A DNA stretch of 32,000 nucleotides from Methanothermobacter thermautotrophicus str. Delta H (GCF_000008645.1 NC_000916.1:240001-272000), one strand, 5' to 3'. Shown: positions 17,497-26,737, counted from the first letter of the stretch. Notes: a model not told the origin generated them from the sequence alone. Numbers and translations: made by a program.

Positions 17497-17969
17497 CGGC
17501 TCTGTAGAAATCATATTTGCGGTTTTCACCTGCCCCTGAGATGATGTTTGTGTTCATTTTTCTTGCCGTTGAATGTCCCCTACATACTCCACTGTTTATA
17601 TTTTCCGGTTTATTGGGTATCCCTTGAATCGTGTTTAGGGCTTCATTGAAGACTGAGCAAGTATATTATCCAGGTGTCCACGAGCAGTTGTGTAACTTTT
17701 CCCACTATGGCTTTATAAGCGCAGACTTACTGGTCCTTTTCCATAAATGGTGATCCACTGGACCTCCATGCAGTAAATGCACCGTCCCAGCAGTTCACCC
17801 ATATCCGATGCATCTGAGAATTTCCTGGTAGTATGAGAATCATAAAGCCAGATCACTGAAGACATTAAACTAATGATGTGAATTCACGGTAACTCATGCC
17901 TCAGATGGCTCTTCAAGCATAACAGATCTATGTTCAGTGCGCTCCTAGATTTGACATGATATGTGAAAA

Positions 17970-18872
17970 TTAGGCTGATAATCTCATTAATTTACCGTCC
18001 CATCTCATCTGGAAATAGGTCTTATCCTCTAATTTTGTTCCGGGTGTGAAATAATATTGTGGTTTTGATATGGTTGCTCCTGGCCCTGAACCTCCCCTCC
18101 GGGTTTCAGGGTCAAAGTAGCCTCTCCCTGCTAATAGTTCAAGGTCCCCCATGAAATTCAGGTTTTTATCATATTTTAAGTGGCTGATTAAGAACTCACT
18201 GGATACCGTAACGCTGTCTTCGACTTTCACTTCAAATGGGGGATCTATTTTGTTAACTCCATCAAGGAGTACGTGCCCGAAGCCGTATTTTGACTCTCCC
18301 CCCAGAATGAGCTCCTGGATGATATTGAAGTTATCGATAAAGATTCCGGCATCGACATCCACTTCCCTGTTATTTATTTTTGCATCTTCTTTGATCCAGA
18401 TCCATCCTGTGACTTTAACGTCTTCTGGGGTCTCGGTTTTGTCGCACGATTTGTTATTTATGAATTCAATCTCGTGAAGGCTCTGATCCTTTGCGGTTGA
18501 AAAACCGGGCTCAATGGCTGTGGATATCTGACTGCCTATAAATCTATGTTCAAATTCTGCTCTGGTTATCTTAATATCATGACCGTATTTAATCCCTTCA
18601 TCTGTGTAGGATGGAGAATAGATCGTCTTTCCATCATAGATATAGAAATATGAGAATACAAAATTATTCATGATGTCTTTACCGGTATTCTTATAATGAT
18701 GGGCAGCAGGTTTTTTGAAGAGATTTTCTGCTGTCCTTTTTGTCACAGCACCCCACAGGTTCCTTCCGGGAATATAATATCTTGTGGGTGAAACCACCGA
18801 GCTCTTAGATGGTAGATAGCCAATATGGAGTGGGGTTTTTAACTTAAACACAACATTGATCGTTCTCCACAT
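17970..18872 (-). CDS. cmr3: Type III-C CRISPR-Cas Cmr3-like (Cas5 group RAMP)
   Basis: 300 aa, last gene of the operon. RAMP G-rich loop 'GGESKYGFGHV'. The call rests on position after cmr5, as in type III-B/C operons. Confidence 0.7.
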   Translation of the reverse strand: MWRTINVVFKLKTPLHIGYLPSKSSVVSPTRYYIPGRNLWGAVTKRTAENLFKKPAAHHYKNTGKDIMNNFVFSYFYIYDGKTIYSPSYTDEGIKYGHDIKITRAEFEHRFIGSQISTAIEPGFSTAKDQSLHEIEFINNKSCDKTETPEDVKVTGWIWIKEDAKINNREVDVDAGIFIDNFNIIQELILGGESKYGFGHVLLDGVNKIDPPFEVKVEDSVTVSSEFLISHLKYDKNLNFMGDLELLAGRGYFDPETRRGGSGPGATISKPQYYFTPGTKLEDKTYFQMRWDGKLMRLSA

Positions 18873-18875
18873 CCC

Positions 18876-19259
18876 TCATTCCCCTGCCTTTGCATGATAC
18901 AGAGAATAAATCAAGGTGCGTTCAATGAGTCTCTTCATGAACAGTAATTTGTAGATATCCCGGGCAACATCTCTTAGTCTTTCACAGAACTCTTTGAAAC
19001 TGTCGGGAAAACTGGATGAATCCTCCAAGAGGCACTCTCTTATTTCTGGCCTGTTTAACATATCAGTGAGTTCTTTCCTTACCCTCTTCTTTTCTTTGTC
19101 CTCTAACCAGAGAAACATTGCATAAACTCCATCTTCCTGCAAAACTCCAAGGGCTTTCCTAAGATGGTTTGCAAGATTTCTGTCGCTTTTTACAGCTATT
19201 TTCTGCGCGCACTGCATGCATATATAGTCAAGGTTTAACATCAGTTCCCACCTGTTCAT
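18876..19259 (-). CDS. cmr5: Type III-C small subunit Cmr5-like (Cas11)
   Basis: 127-aa protein that looks all-helical, lying between cmr4 and cmr3. The start is uncertain: Met codons at 19259, 19241 and 19217, the first two overlapping the cmr4 3' end. Confidence 0.65.
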   Translation of the reverse strand: MNRWELMLNLDYICMQCAQKIAVKSDRNLANHLRKALGVLQEDGVYAMFLWLEDKEKKRVRKELTDMLNRPEIRECLLEDSSSFPDSFKEFCERLRDVARDIYKLLFMKRLIERTLIYSLYHAKAGE

Positions 19260-20091
19260 CTTCAGAATGTTCTGCAGCTAATTCAAGCCTGCCGAATCCC
19301 CTTGTAACCATTCCACCTATCCCGAGATATTTAAGGTATGGTGAGACAGCATTTAATACTTCCTTTCTCTTTTCATCTTTCTCAGTGGCAATTTCAAATC
19401 CAAAGATGGTCCCCCTGGGTATCGCCTCATAAGTGAACAATGCCCCTTCCACTGCCGTTCCGGTTTCGGGATCTATCCGTACGGATGTTCTCACTTCAAG
19501 ATTATCATTTACAATCGGAGAGAATAAATTTTCAGGTACTATGACAGCCCTTTTTATCCATTCATTTATCTCATCTGGTAAATCAACATCTTCCTTTTTT
19601 TCTGAGTTCACTTCGAAAAGTAACCAGCCAAGATTCAATCTTCCGTTCAGCTCCCCTCTGATCGCATAGACCTTATTTTCATCTTCATAGCTTATTTTTT
19701 CGTCTTTTACACACCAGTAGTTAAAAAGTTGTTCTGTTGTGATCCATACTGTGCCCCTGACTGAGGAGACAGGGAAGAATAATATCTGTCCATCATAGAA
19801 TCGTAGAACGCCTTTTTTGTTTTCATCGCCAAAGATAGATTTAGCCTTTTCTTCTGCACGTTTTCTCTTTTCTTCAGCACTTTTATCTCCGAACTCATTC
19901 TCCGCCAGGTATGCTGTGTAGAACTCTCTTGTAACTCCTGCAATCGAGGTTCCAGGTATTTTTGGAATATCCGTCGATGGTTCCCTTACAATTGTGTTAT
20001 CTGCTCTTCCCAGTCTGTAACCACCTGCCCCTATATGGACGGGGTCAAGGGCTCTTGCATATACTTTCTCAGGCTCTAAAGATCTATTCAT
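19228..20091 (-). CDS. cmr4: Type III-C Cmr4-like backbone subunit (Cas7 group RAMP)
   Basis: 'LDPVHIGAGGYRLGRADNTIVREPSTDIPKIPGTSIAGVTRE', 'IFGDENKKGVLRFYDGQILFFPVSSVRGTVWITT' and the G-rich loop 'GIGGMVTRGFGRL' are the Cmr4 hallmarks. Confidence 0.8.
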   Translation of the reverse strand: MNRSLEPEKVYARALDPVHIGAGGYRLGRADNTIVREPSTDIPKIPGTSIAGVTREFYTAYLAENEFGDKSAEEKRKRAEEKAKSIFGDENKKGVLRFYDGQILFFPVSSVRGTVWITTEQLFNYWCVKDEKISYEDENKVYAIRGELNGRLNLGWLLFEVNSEKKEDVDLPDEINEWIKRAVIVPENLFSPIVNDNLEVRTSVRIDPETGTAVEGALFTYEAIPRGTIFGFEIATEKDEKRKEVLNAVSPYLKYLGIGGMVTRGFGRLELAAEHSEDEQVGTDVKP

Positions 20092-22957
20092 CTTTCAGGC
20101 ACCCCGTAACATGAGTGAAGAGATTGATGGTATCAAGTAAAAGCATGTTAATTGAGGAGGATATGAGGAAGAATCTGTTTTCTTCTCTTAATCCATCCCA
20201 TTTATGTCCAAATGCATCCTTTAATGTTGTTTCTGCGAATATTCTGAATGTATTTTCCTTATTCGCATCTTTAACGTTTTTCCATTCCCTTAATTTTGAG
20301 GTGAGCGCCTTTTCAATGAAATTTATTTGAGAATTAGAAAGGTTGCTGGATAATAAATCCCATAATTCAAGTATTTGTGGGATCTGATGGAAGTAAAGGG
20401 GTCTTCCTGAAAACAATCTGTGATCCTCATGACCTCTCTTTTTACCCTCATAGCATATGTTGTACCTGTCGGTCGTTGCTGAGAGCAGTTCAAAGTCAAA
20501 ATAGCCAGGGTAGAGGTAGAAAATTTTACCTCTGGATAGTCGTGATAGATCATCGAGGGTGTATTTTTCTCCATTCGCTGGTTTTATTGGATAAAAATTG
20601 TAATGTTCATCCAGCCTCTCTACACTCCACCAAGGATCCATAGGTGTCTGTTTTTTGAATTCTTCATCTTTGAGCATTCTTTTCTCTGCTTCGAGGAGAA
20701 TGTAAAGTGGGAACTTTCTTTTCGCCACGAGAAGTTTAAGATTCAATGGCAGTTTTCCCAGCACCTTTTCGAATCTTTTATTGTATAACTCTGCTATCAT
20801 TTCTATGATTTTCACTGAATCCAGAGCAGGGACTATGAATCGAAGAGATAGGGGGGATCTGTTTATTTCAATTAACGGGTAATATTTTTCGAAATAAAGA
20901 TTGTCCTCAGTTTTTATTGTTTTTCCGACCTCTATCAGGTTTTTTTCTGGTTCATCCTCTGGGGCCAGATGTTTAATACCCTGTTTTAGTGCTTCTTTAA
21001 CTGCTTCTTCTCCGACTTTATTCTTGAACTTGAACTTTCCAAGGGATTCTATGGTGTAAAATTCTCCGTTTCTGTCGTGAAAAACAAGAAGTGTTTCCGG
21101 ATCTAACCCGCTTATCTTAATGATCAGGGAACCTTTTTCCAGCTCCTTGATATTCTTGTACTCTTCCTTTAATCGGCCTTTTAATTCATGGGTATCTATG
21201 GAAAATCCTATCCTTTTCCAGCGGTAAGCGTAAATGTCAGTTATCTTGTTAATTAGCAGGTCAAAGAATTCCTCTGTTTCTTTCCAGATCCTGTATAATC
21301 GAGCAGGAGACGGGTTCTGGGTGAAAAGATAAGTGGCAAGGTTCTCTTTGTTCAGATCGGCTCCTATATTCTCTCTTATATTCTGAAGATGGTTTTTAAA
21401 TTCTTTTTTAAGGTCTTTTTTATTTCTTAGACCTATCTCTTCTTCGAAGAAAGTATCTAATAATTTAGCTGCTTTCTCCTCATTTGAATCTTCATTTTCC
21501 AATATATAATTTAGTATCTTATAAACATGATCCTTGATGGCTTCAATTGGACCATTTAGAACACTATTTGCATTTTTCTTTACATTTTTCTTTTCCCACT
21601 TCTTGCTGTGTTTCCAGTCCTTGTAGGTCTGTGAATAGATGGTTCCGACCATTGTCCCGTCAAACCATTTATCAAGGTCAAAGTTTAATGCAATTAAAGC
21701 AATCCTGTTGTTTTTATCTGCCACCTCATCTATCCAGATAGTGTTTTCTTTTTTGTTACTCCAGTTTGCCAATCTTCCCCGTATTCTTTCACTGCAAATC
21801 TCACATCTCTCTTTCTCAATAGGTTTTGCCCTTAACCTGCAAAGGGGGCAAATATCTTCTCCTTCCTGGGGGATTGGCATCTCTGGATTATCAGCTATTA
21901 TCTTTTTTTGTTTTTTATCGATAAAAAGTGCGGGGGTTATTTTCGGGTAAACACGTCTGGAGGATGCGAATTTAAGTTCACTGGCAAGTACTGTAAGCGT
22001 CTTTGAGGGTTTGCTCAAAGTGAAAAAAGGCCACAATTCATTTTCACTCTCCTCTAAAAAAATCTTCAAAGCTTCTTTCGCACATTGATTTGCGAGTTCT
22101 TCCGCCCGGTCAAACTCCGGGAAGGTGAAACAAATCCCATTTATATCTTCATAGATTGAATTTCCAACGGGAATCTCATCCTCAAACTTTCCTTTTAGTT
22201 TTTCTTTTATTCTCTCAATGATTTCCTTTCTTGCTTTAATTTCTGCAATTTTCCTCCCTTTGTTTATGAATTCTATTCCATTCCAGAATATTCCGAATAT
22301 CCTCAGTTCTGGATCTTTTATATCTGCTCCGCAAAGATTTGCTACCAGAATAGACTTAAACCGGGATGCAGTTGAATATGAATGATCCCATAGAGTGACA
22401 TCATTGGATGGAATTCTTGTCTCTCCAAGACCATGAGAAAAAAACACCTGGGCTTCTTTCATTAGCATCCTTCTAAAAAGGCTTAAATTCACAACTCCAG
22501 AGATGTAATATTTAAAAAGTCTTACAAGGATTGTCTGCAGATCATCAAACTCTTTCTGGAGACAATTCAGATGGATTTTTTCTTTAGGGTAACCAAATGG
22601 TGATGATATAACAGTATCCGTTATGGACTGTTTTCTCCTTACAATACCCTTGTCATCCGCGGAATCTTTACGATCACATCCTTGTAAAACGTTATTTCTA
22701 TGATGTTCGCTGATAATGTTGTATATTCTTATTGGCTCAACATTAATCTCCAGGTCCTCAAATGCTTTTAGAGCTGATATCAGTTCTGTTTTCAAAAAAT
22801 CATCAATATTTGCATGAAAGAATCTAGGGGGCATCTTCTCTATAGAGTTGGTCCCGATAAAATTTGGATGGAGTTTGCCGATGTCATGGAGCAGGGCTCC
22901 TATTTCTCCTAGCAATACTTCTTTTCTTCTTTTTCTGATATTTTTAATGTTGCTCAT
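20084..22957 (-). CDS. cas10: Cas10 (Cmr2-like) large subunit, HD domain present, cyclase GGDD motif absent
   Basis: The ORF is open to 23017. The likely start is the ATG at 22957 ('MSNIKNIRKRRK'), a 14-nt overlap with cmr6. HD motifs are 'GALLHDIGKL' and 'IISEHHRN'. The Cas10-typical 'NDVTLWDHSYSTASRF' and the Zn ribbon 'CPLCRLR...CEICSERIRG' are present. No GGDD, GGDE or GGD string occurs anywhere in the translation. Confidence 0.85.
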   Translation of the reverse strand: MSNIKNIRKRRKEVLLGEIGALLHDIGKLHPNFIGTNSIEKMPPRFFHANIDDFLKTELISALKAFEDLEINVEPIRIYNIISEHHRNNVLQGCDRKDSADDKGIVRRKQSITDTVISSPFGYPKEKIHLNCLQKEFDDLQTILVRLFKYYISGVVNLSLFRRMLMKEAQVFFSHGLGETRIPSNDVTLWDHSYSTASRFKSILVANLCGADIKDPELRIFGIFWNGIEFINKGRKIAEIKARKEIIERIKEKLKGKFEDEIPVGNSIYEDINGICFTFPEFDRAEELANQCAKEALKIFLEESENELWPFFTLSKPSKTLTVLASELKFASSRRVYPKITPALFIDKKQKKIIADNPEMPIPQEGEDICPLCRLRAKPIEKERCEICSERIRGRLANWSNKKENTIWIDEVADKNNRIALIALNFDLDKWFDGTMVGTIYSQTYKDWKHSKKWEKKNVKKNANSVLNGPIEAIKDHVYKILNYILENEDSNEEKAAKLLDTFFEEEIGLRNKKDLKKEFKNHLQNIRENIGADLNKENLATYLFTQNPSPARLYRIWKETEEFFDLLINKITDIYAYRWKRIGFSIDTHELKGRLKEEYKNIKELEKGSLIIKISGLDPETLLVFHDRNGEFYTIESLGKFKFKNKVGEEAVKEALKQGIKHLAPEDEPEKNLIEVGKTIKTEDNLYFEKYYPLIEINRSPLSLRFIVPALDSVKIIEMIAELYNKRFEKVLGKLPLNLKLLVAKRKFPLYILLEAEKRMLKDEEFKKQTPMDPWWSVERLDEHYNFYPIKPANGEKYTLDDLSRLSRGKIFYLYPGYFDFELLSATTDRYNICYEGKKRGHEDHRLFSGRPLYFHQIPQILELWDLLSSNLSNSQINFIEKALTSKLREWKNVKDANKENTFRIFAETTLKDAFGHKWDGLREENRFFLISSSINMLLLDTINLFTHVTGCLKDE

Positions 22958-23729
22958 ACCCATAACCATCCAAAATCTCTGATAGCTCATGCAAGTTTGA
23001 GAAATTCTTAGAGACACCTCCTCTCATCCACAACTTTCCTTCCAGTTGCTTTTCTATTACCCCGAATCCAGATGTTCTTTTTGCCGAAAACCCGTAGGTA
23101 TAGAACATTAATTTTAAAGCTTCCGCGATAAGTTTCAGATCCTCTTTAATCTCATCTCCAAAATTTTCGTTTCCTAGATAAGGGACGTAGAGAAGGTAGA
23201 AATCTCCTTTGGTGCCGGGTTTCATAACCTCAAGAGGTATTGGCCCCCTCGCCGGAGTCCGGGTCTCTCTTTTTAATGGTGTTATTACATCATTTTCTGC
23301 ACCTTCTTTGAAAAAGGTAGGGAAAAAATAAAGTCTGCCTTTTATCATGTCCTCGCTATCAGGATTTGAACCAAAAAGTCTTATGATAATGGAATTTTTG
23401 GGGCCCATTAATTTTGTGGCTGCGAATCTAAGGTTCCCCTTCCATGTGGATGGTCTCACCATGCAGAGACCTGTGAACTGGTCCCTCACAATGAGGTTTT
23501 CTGAAAATTTTGATTCACCTCTACTCGTGTAGGGTTTCTTAAGAGTGAACTGGAATCCGATGAGAACTGAGTTCATGGGAAGATAATTCAGATCATCGGG
23601 GGAGGGATAAAATGTTTTGAAGTCATCTTTATGATCACCAGCCACAGCATCCATAATCTTTCTTTTTGGTTCTTCGATTCCACCCTCTTTTTCATGAAGA
23701 TAGAAGTCATATACCCCATCTAAATTCAA
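22944..23729 (-). CDS. cmr6: Type III-C Cmr6-like (Cas7 group RAMP)
   Basis: 'RPSTWKGNLRFAA', 'IIRLFGS', 'GRLYFFPTFF' and the G-rich loop 'SAKRTSGFGVI'. There is a 4-nt overlap with cmr1. Confidence 0.75.
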   Translation of the reverse strand: MNLDGVYDFYLHEKEGGIEEPKRKIMDAVAGDHKDDFKTFYPSPDDLNYLPMNSVLIGFQFTLKKPYTSRGESKFSENLIVRDQFTGLCMVRPSTWKGNLRFAATKLMGPKNSIIIRLFGSNPDSEDMIKGRLYFFPTFFKEGAENDVITPLKRETRTPARGPIPLEVMKPGTKGDFYLLYVPYLGNENFGDEIKEDLKLIAEALKLMFYTYGFSAKRTSGFGVIEKQLEGKLWMRGGVSKNFSNLHELSEILDGYGYEQH

Positions 23730-24481
23730 ATAAGCCCCCCTAAAACTTCTTCTCCAGTCTTTGCTTCTTCACCTGCACATTCACAGAGTCTGGGATATTC
23801 ATCTTCATTTGCATAGGCAAAAAGTCGACTTCCTGGTGGATCTTTGTTGAAGTAACGCTTACCCCTATTACTGGACCCCTTCAGGAAGCGGCAATCATTT
23901 TTGAGCCTCTTTACGAGCTGGAAGTTTGGGTTTTTAATAAAAATGAATCTTTTTAAATTGGGGTTATCAACGTGGGGACCCTCCCTTCGGAGGTAACCCT
24001 GCAGCATTGATTTCTCAAGTGTGAAATCACGAAGGTCATTTTCTTTTATCTTTATGATACCGTACTTCCTATGGGCAAGTTTGCCTCCGATGGCACCGTA
24101 ATTTTCTATTATACTTAATGTTTTATTGAGGAGGGCTAACTCCACATCTTCCATTCTTCTAAGTTCAGTGATCTGTACTTTGAGGGTCTTATCTGATTCT
24201 TCACGGGATCGGAATATGAACTTTCTGGACCAGCCACTGCATCCGAATAGTTCACAGGCATCGCAGTGTAACCTTTCTTCACATGGTGGACCCTGTGAAG
24301 GATCGCAGGCAGTCCCTCCGACACCCCTGATAAGTGCTTCATACCACCATCTGAGACTTCCTATGAGTCCAGTATCTCTTATAACTTCTGATCTTCTTTC
24401 AGGGCCCCCTGTGAATATCTCATTTAAAATCTGGAGTTCAATATTGAATGTTCTGGGTCCTCCCATGGAACACCCCCTCAT
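23726..24481 (-). CDS. cmr1: Type III-C Cmr1-like (Cas7 group RAMP)
   Basis: 'IFTGGPERRSEVIRDTGLIGSLRWWYEALIRG', 'CDACELFGCSGWSRKF' and 'NYGAIGGKLAHRKYG'. The start could instead be the sixth codon ('MGGPRTF', 24466). Confidence 0.75.
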   Translation of the reverse strand: MRGCSMGGPRTFNIELQILNEIFTGGPERRSEVIRDTGLIGSLRWWYEALIRGVGGTACDPSQGPPCEERLHCDACELFGCSGWSRKFIFRSREESDKTLKVQITELRRMEDVELALLNKTLSIIENYGAIGGKLAHRKYGIIKIKENDLRDFTLEKSMLQGYLRREGPHVDNPNLKRFIFIKNPNFQLVKRLKNDCRFLKGSSNRGKRYFNKDPPGSRLFAYANEDEYPRLCECAGEEAKTGEEVLGGLI

Positions 24482-24602
24482 TATTATTTATTCACATGTA
24501 TTTAAGATTTTTCCTGTGAAATGTATTGCAGTGACATCAATTTCAGAGCATTTATTAGCCGGTGGAATGAAAGAACTGGTCACCAGAAGCTGGAGCCACA
24601 TC

Positions 24603-25301
24603 ATGATATCAGTGATATGTGTCTACAATGATTAATAGATTCTTCTGAGGAATCTCAGGAAATCATCTGATGAATATGAGCTCATTCTCCTGGATAACAC
24701 GGGGGGCAGGTTCAGATCAGCGGCTGAGGCTCTCAATCATGGTGCGGTGATGGCATCGGGTGATGTTTTTATATTCACCCACCAGGACGTTGAGGTTTCA
24801 CCGGAGGAACTCCGCCAGATGGAGTCCTATTCAGAATCTAATGAGGAGCTGGGGGTGGCCGGCGCTGCCGGTGTTTCCGCCCCATTCAGGGTGTTCTCAA
24901 ACATGAAACATGGGGATCCGCCGGTGAATGTGGGGAGGAGGATAAATGGACCCGTTAAAGTCCAGACCGTGGATGAGTGCCTCTTCATGATCCCTGCTGA
25001 TGTTTTCAGGAGATACAGATTTGATGAGGAGACATGCACCGGATGGCACCTTTACGCTGTTGATTACTGCCTCACGGTGCTTGCGAAAGGGTATGATGTC
25101 TGTGCCATACCTGTAAGTGCGTACCATGGATCACCTGGTTATTCCATCTCGGAAGATTACTATAGCACCATGGAACTCATAATCAGGAAACACCGTACCC
25201 CAATCATCTGCACATCCCTTGGATTCTACACACCATATCTACCAATGGCAATTCAAAGGGGTTTCAGGGAGTTCCTTATAAGAAGATCCATAAAAAGGTA
25301 A
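24603..25301 (+). pseudogene. Family-2 glycosyltransferase interrupted by two adjacent in-frame stop codons
   Basis: ATG 24603 gives 'MISVICVYND', then TAA TAG at 24633-24638. The same frame continues 'ILLRNLRKSSDEYELILLDNTGGRFRSAAEALNHGAVMASGDVFIFTHQDVEV...' to the stop at 25299-25301. The N-terminal S-V-I-x-x-Y-N and L-D-N motifs are GT2 hallmarks lying on either side of the stops. Confidence 0.75.
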
Positions 25302-25311
25302 AATTTTGGGA

Positions 25312-26529
25312 TTATATCCTTTCGGGTTTGAGTCCCTTCCTCTTAAGGTAACTGTTCCATCTCAGTGCAATACTCCTGTAGTAGCTGTCACCGGTCGCCT
25401 TCCACAGACTGTTTGCAAGCTGCACATGGAGCCTGTGGTAGCCCTCACTTGCCAGCCAGGCCGGCCTGTAGGACCCCCCATCCACGGCATAGTAGGTCCA
25501 GCGGCCACTGTCGAACCTCCGGTGCATTGCCCTGAAGGTTGAAACACCCTCCCTGAAGAGCATGAGGGCCCTGGTGTTCCCGGTATAGGTGTATGCCCTG
25601 TGGAGTCCCAGGGTACATATGAGGTGGGCGTTCAGTATGTAGTGCTGCCTCATGAAGTTGTAGTGCAGGTAGAAGTTTCCGTACTTCGTTGATTTAACAA
25701 GGCCTGCTGGTGCCCTGAAACTGTTTATGAGGGCATCTGAGATTTTAAGGTATTCAGGGTCACCTGTGAGTCTGTATGCCCTGGCGTAGTGGCCGGCCAG
25801 GTTTCCCTGGGCGAAGCTGTCAAGCCACCCTGCCCCGGAACCACAGTAGTCAAAGTACATGGGGAAGACAGCGTACTTCATACCCCTGTAGGTCCTGAAG
25901 CTCACCATCAGTTTCTGCTCATCAAGGATCTCCAGGAACATGCTATCATTGCTTGCACCTGCAAGGTTTGATGTGAGTACAGGGTAGATGTTCCACCCCT
26001 TGTATTTGTAGTAACTGAAGGGGAGGCTGCTCATGTACTCTGATGGGAAGTTCCTGTAGTATGATGACCTGTTCCCGAATACGATGGCGACGTAACTCTT
26101 TGATGGTGACAGGCTGCGTGAGAAGTAGGCGTTGTTTGCCTGTATCGTCTTTATCTCGATGATCTTCTCATCACTCCTGAGGGGCCTCTTTGCCTTGATC
26201 CTCTGGAATACACCCACAGCGTAGCCGGCATCGATGTAGGCGACATAGTAGCGCCTGTCACCGGTACGCCTGTACATGGAGTAGAGGCTGCTACGGATCT
26301 CCCGGTTCTTCCTGAGGGCATCTTCCAGGAGTTTGCTGTAATTGTCGAGGTAGTATGACCTGTTGAGGTGGTTCTCAAGGGTCACCGATGCATTCTGGCT
26401 GCTGCTGTTCTCCAGGAGCTGCGTGCTGTTTACCTCCTGGGGGTCATCCGCATATGCCGGTGATATGAGTACGGCTGCAAGGACAGCTAGTAGAAATATA
26501 TTCCTCATAAGATAGTATATTTTCAGCAA
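25312..26529 (-). CDS. Secreted or anchored D-glucuronyl C5-epimerase-like protein (C5-epim_C family)
   Basis: 405 aa with an N-terminal signal or anchor, 'IFLLAVLAAVLISPAYA'. The C-terminal half, 'WLDSFAQGNLAGHYARAYRLTGDPEYL', 'YILNAHLICTLGL', 'GYHRLHVQLANSL' and 'RWNSYLKRKG', parallels the C-terminal domain of heparosan C5-epimerase as I remember it. Confidence 0.65.
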   Translation of the reverse strand: MLKIYYLMRNIFLLAVLAAVLISPAYADDPQEVNSTQLLENSSSQNASVTLENHLNRSYYLDNYSKLLEDALRKNREIRSSLYSMYRRTGDRRYYVAYIDAGYAVGVFQRIKAKRPLRSDEKIIEIKTIQANNAYFSRSLSPSKSYVAIVFGNRSSYYRNFPSEYMSSLPFSYYKYKGWNIYPVLTSNLAGASNDSMFLEILDEQKLMVSFRTYRGMKYAVFPMYFDYCGSGAGWLDSFAQGNLAGHYARAYRLTGDPEYLKISDALINSFRAPAGLVKSTKYGNFYLHYNFMRQHYILNAHLICTLGLHRAYTYTGNTRALMLFREGVSTFRAMHRRFDSGRWTYYAVDGGSYRPAWLASEGYHRLHVQLANSLWKATGDSYYRSIALRWNSYLKRKGLKPERI

Positions 26530-26737
26530 TGCTTAAGTATGTTCACATTCCCTGTTAATGAGATACATGAAAATCTCTACGTATATTAACAGTACCTGAA
26601 GCTGAACATTTATTACATATTGATGAGGTTTTTATGTAGGATAAATATTTAAGAGAGGTTCATTTAACTGTTAAAAGTAGAATGTCATGTGTTCAGAGAT
26701 TTATCATGATTATGTGTGAGGTGTTCTCATTAAGGAT

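Noticed and set aside
16621-24602. Search for a CRISPR array or leader in the non-coding flanks of the cas operon (16621-17028, 17497-17969, 24482-24602)
   Set aside because: I saw no direct repeats of 24-40 nt at regular spacing, so no array is called.
24126-24635. 169-aa plus-strand ORF overlapping cmr1 in antisense
   Set aside because: It has a TTG start, low-complexity Ser/Leu-rich content and no motifs, and it lies entirely antisense to a well-supported RAMP gene. Only its last 11 codons are meaningful, as the 5' end of the GT2 pseudogene.
24633-24638. Possible recoding of the TAA TAG pair (pyrrolysine or readthrough)
   Set aside because: TAG-pyrrolysine decoding is known from Methanosarcinales-type lineages carrying pyl genes. 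Nothing here suggests that, and TAA is not recoded by that system. Two tandem stops argue for inactivation.
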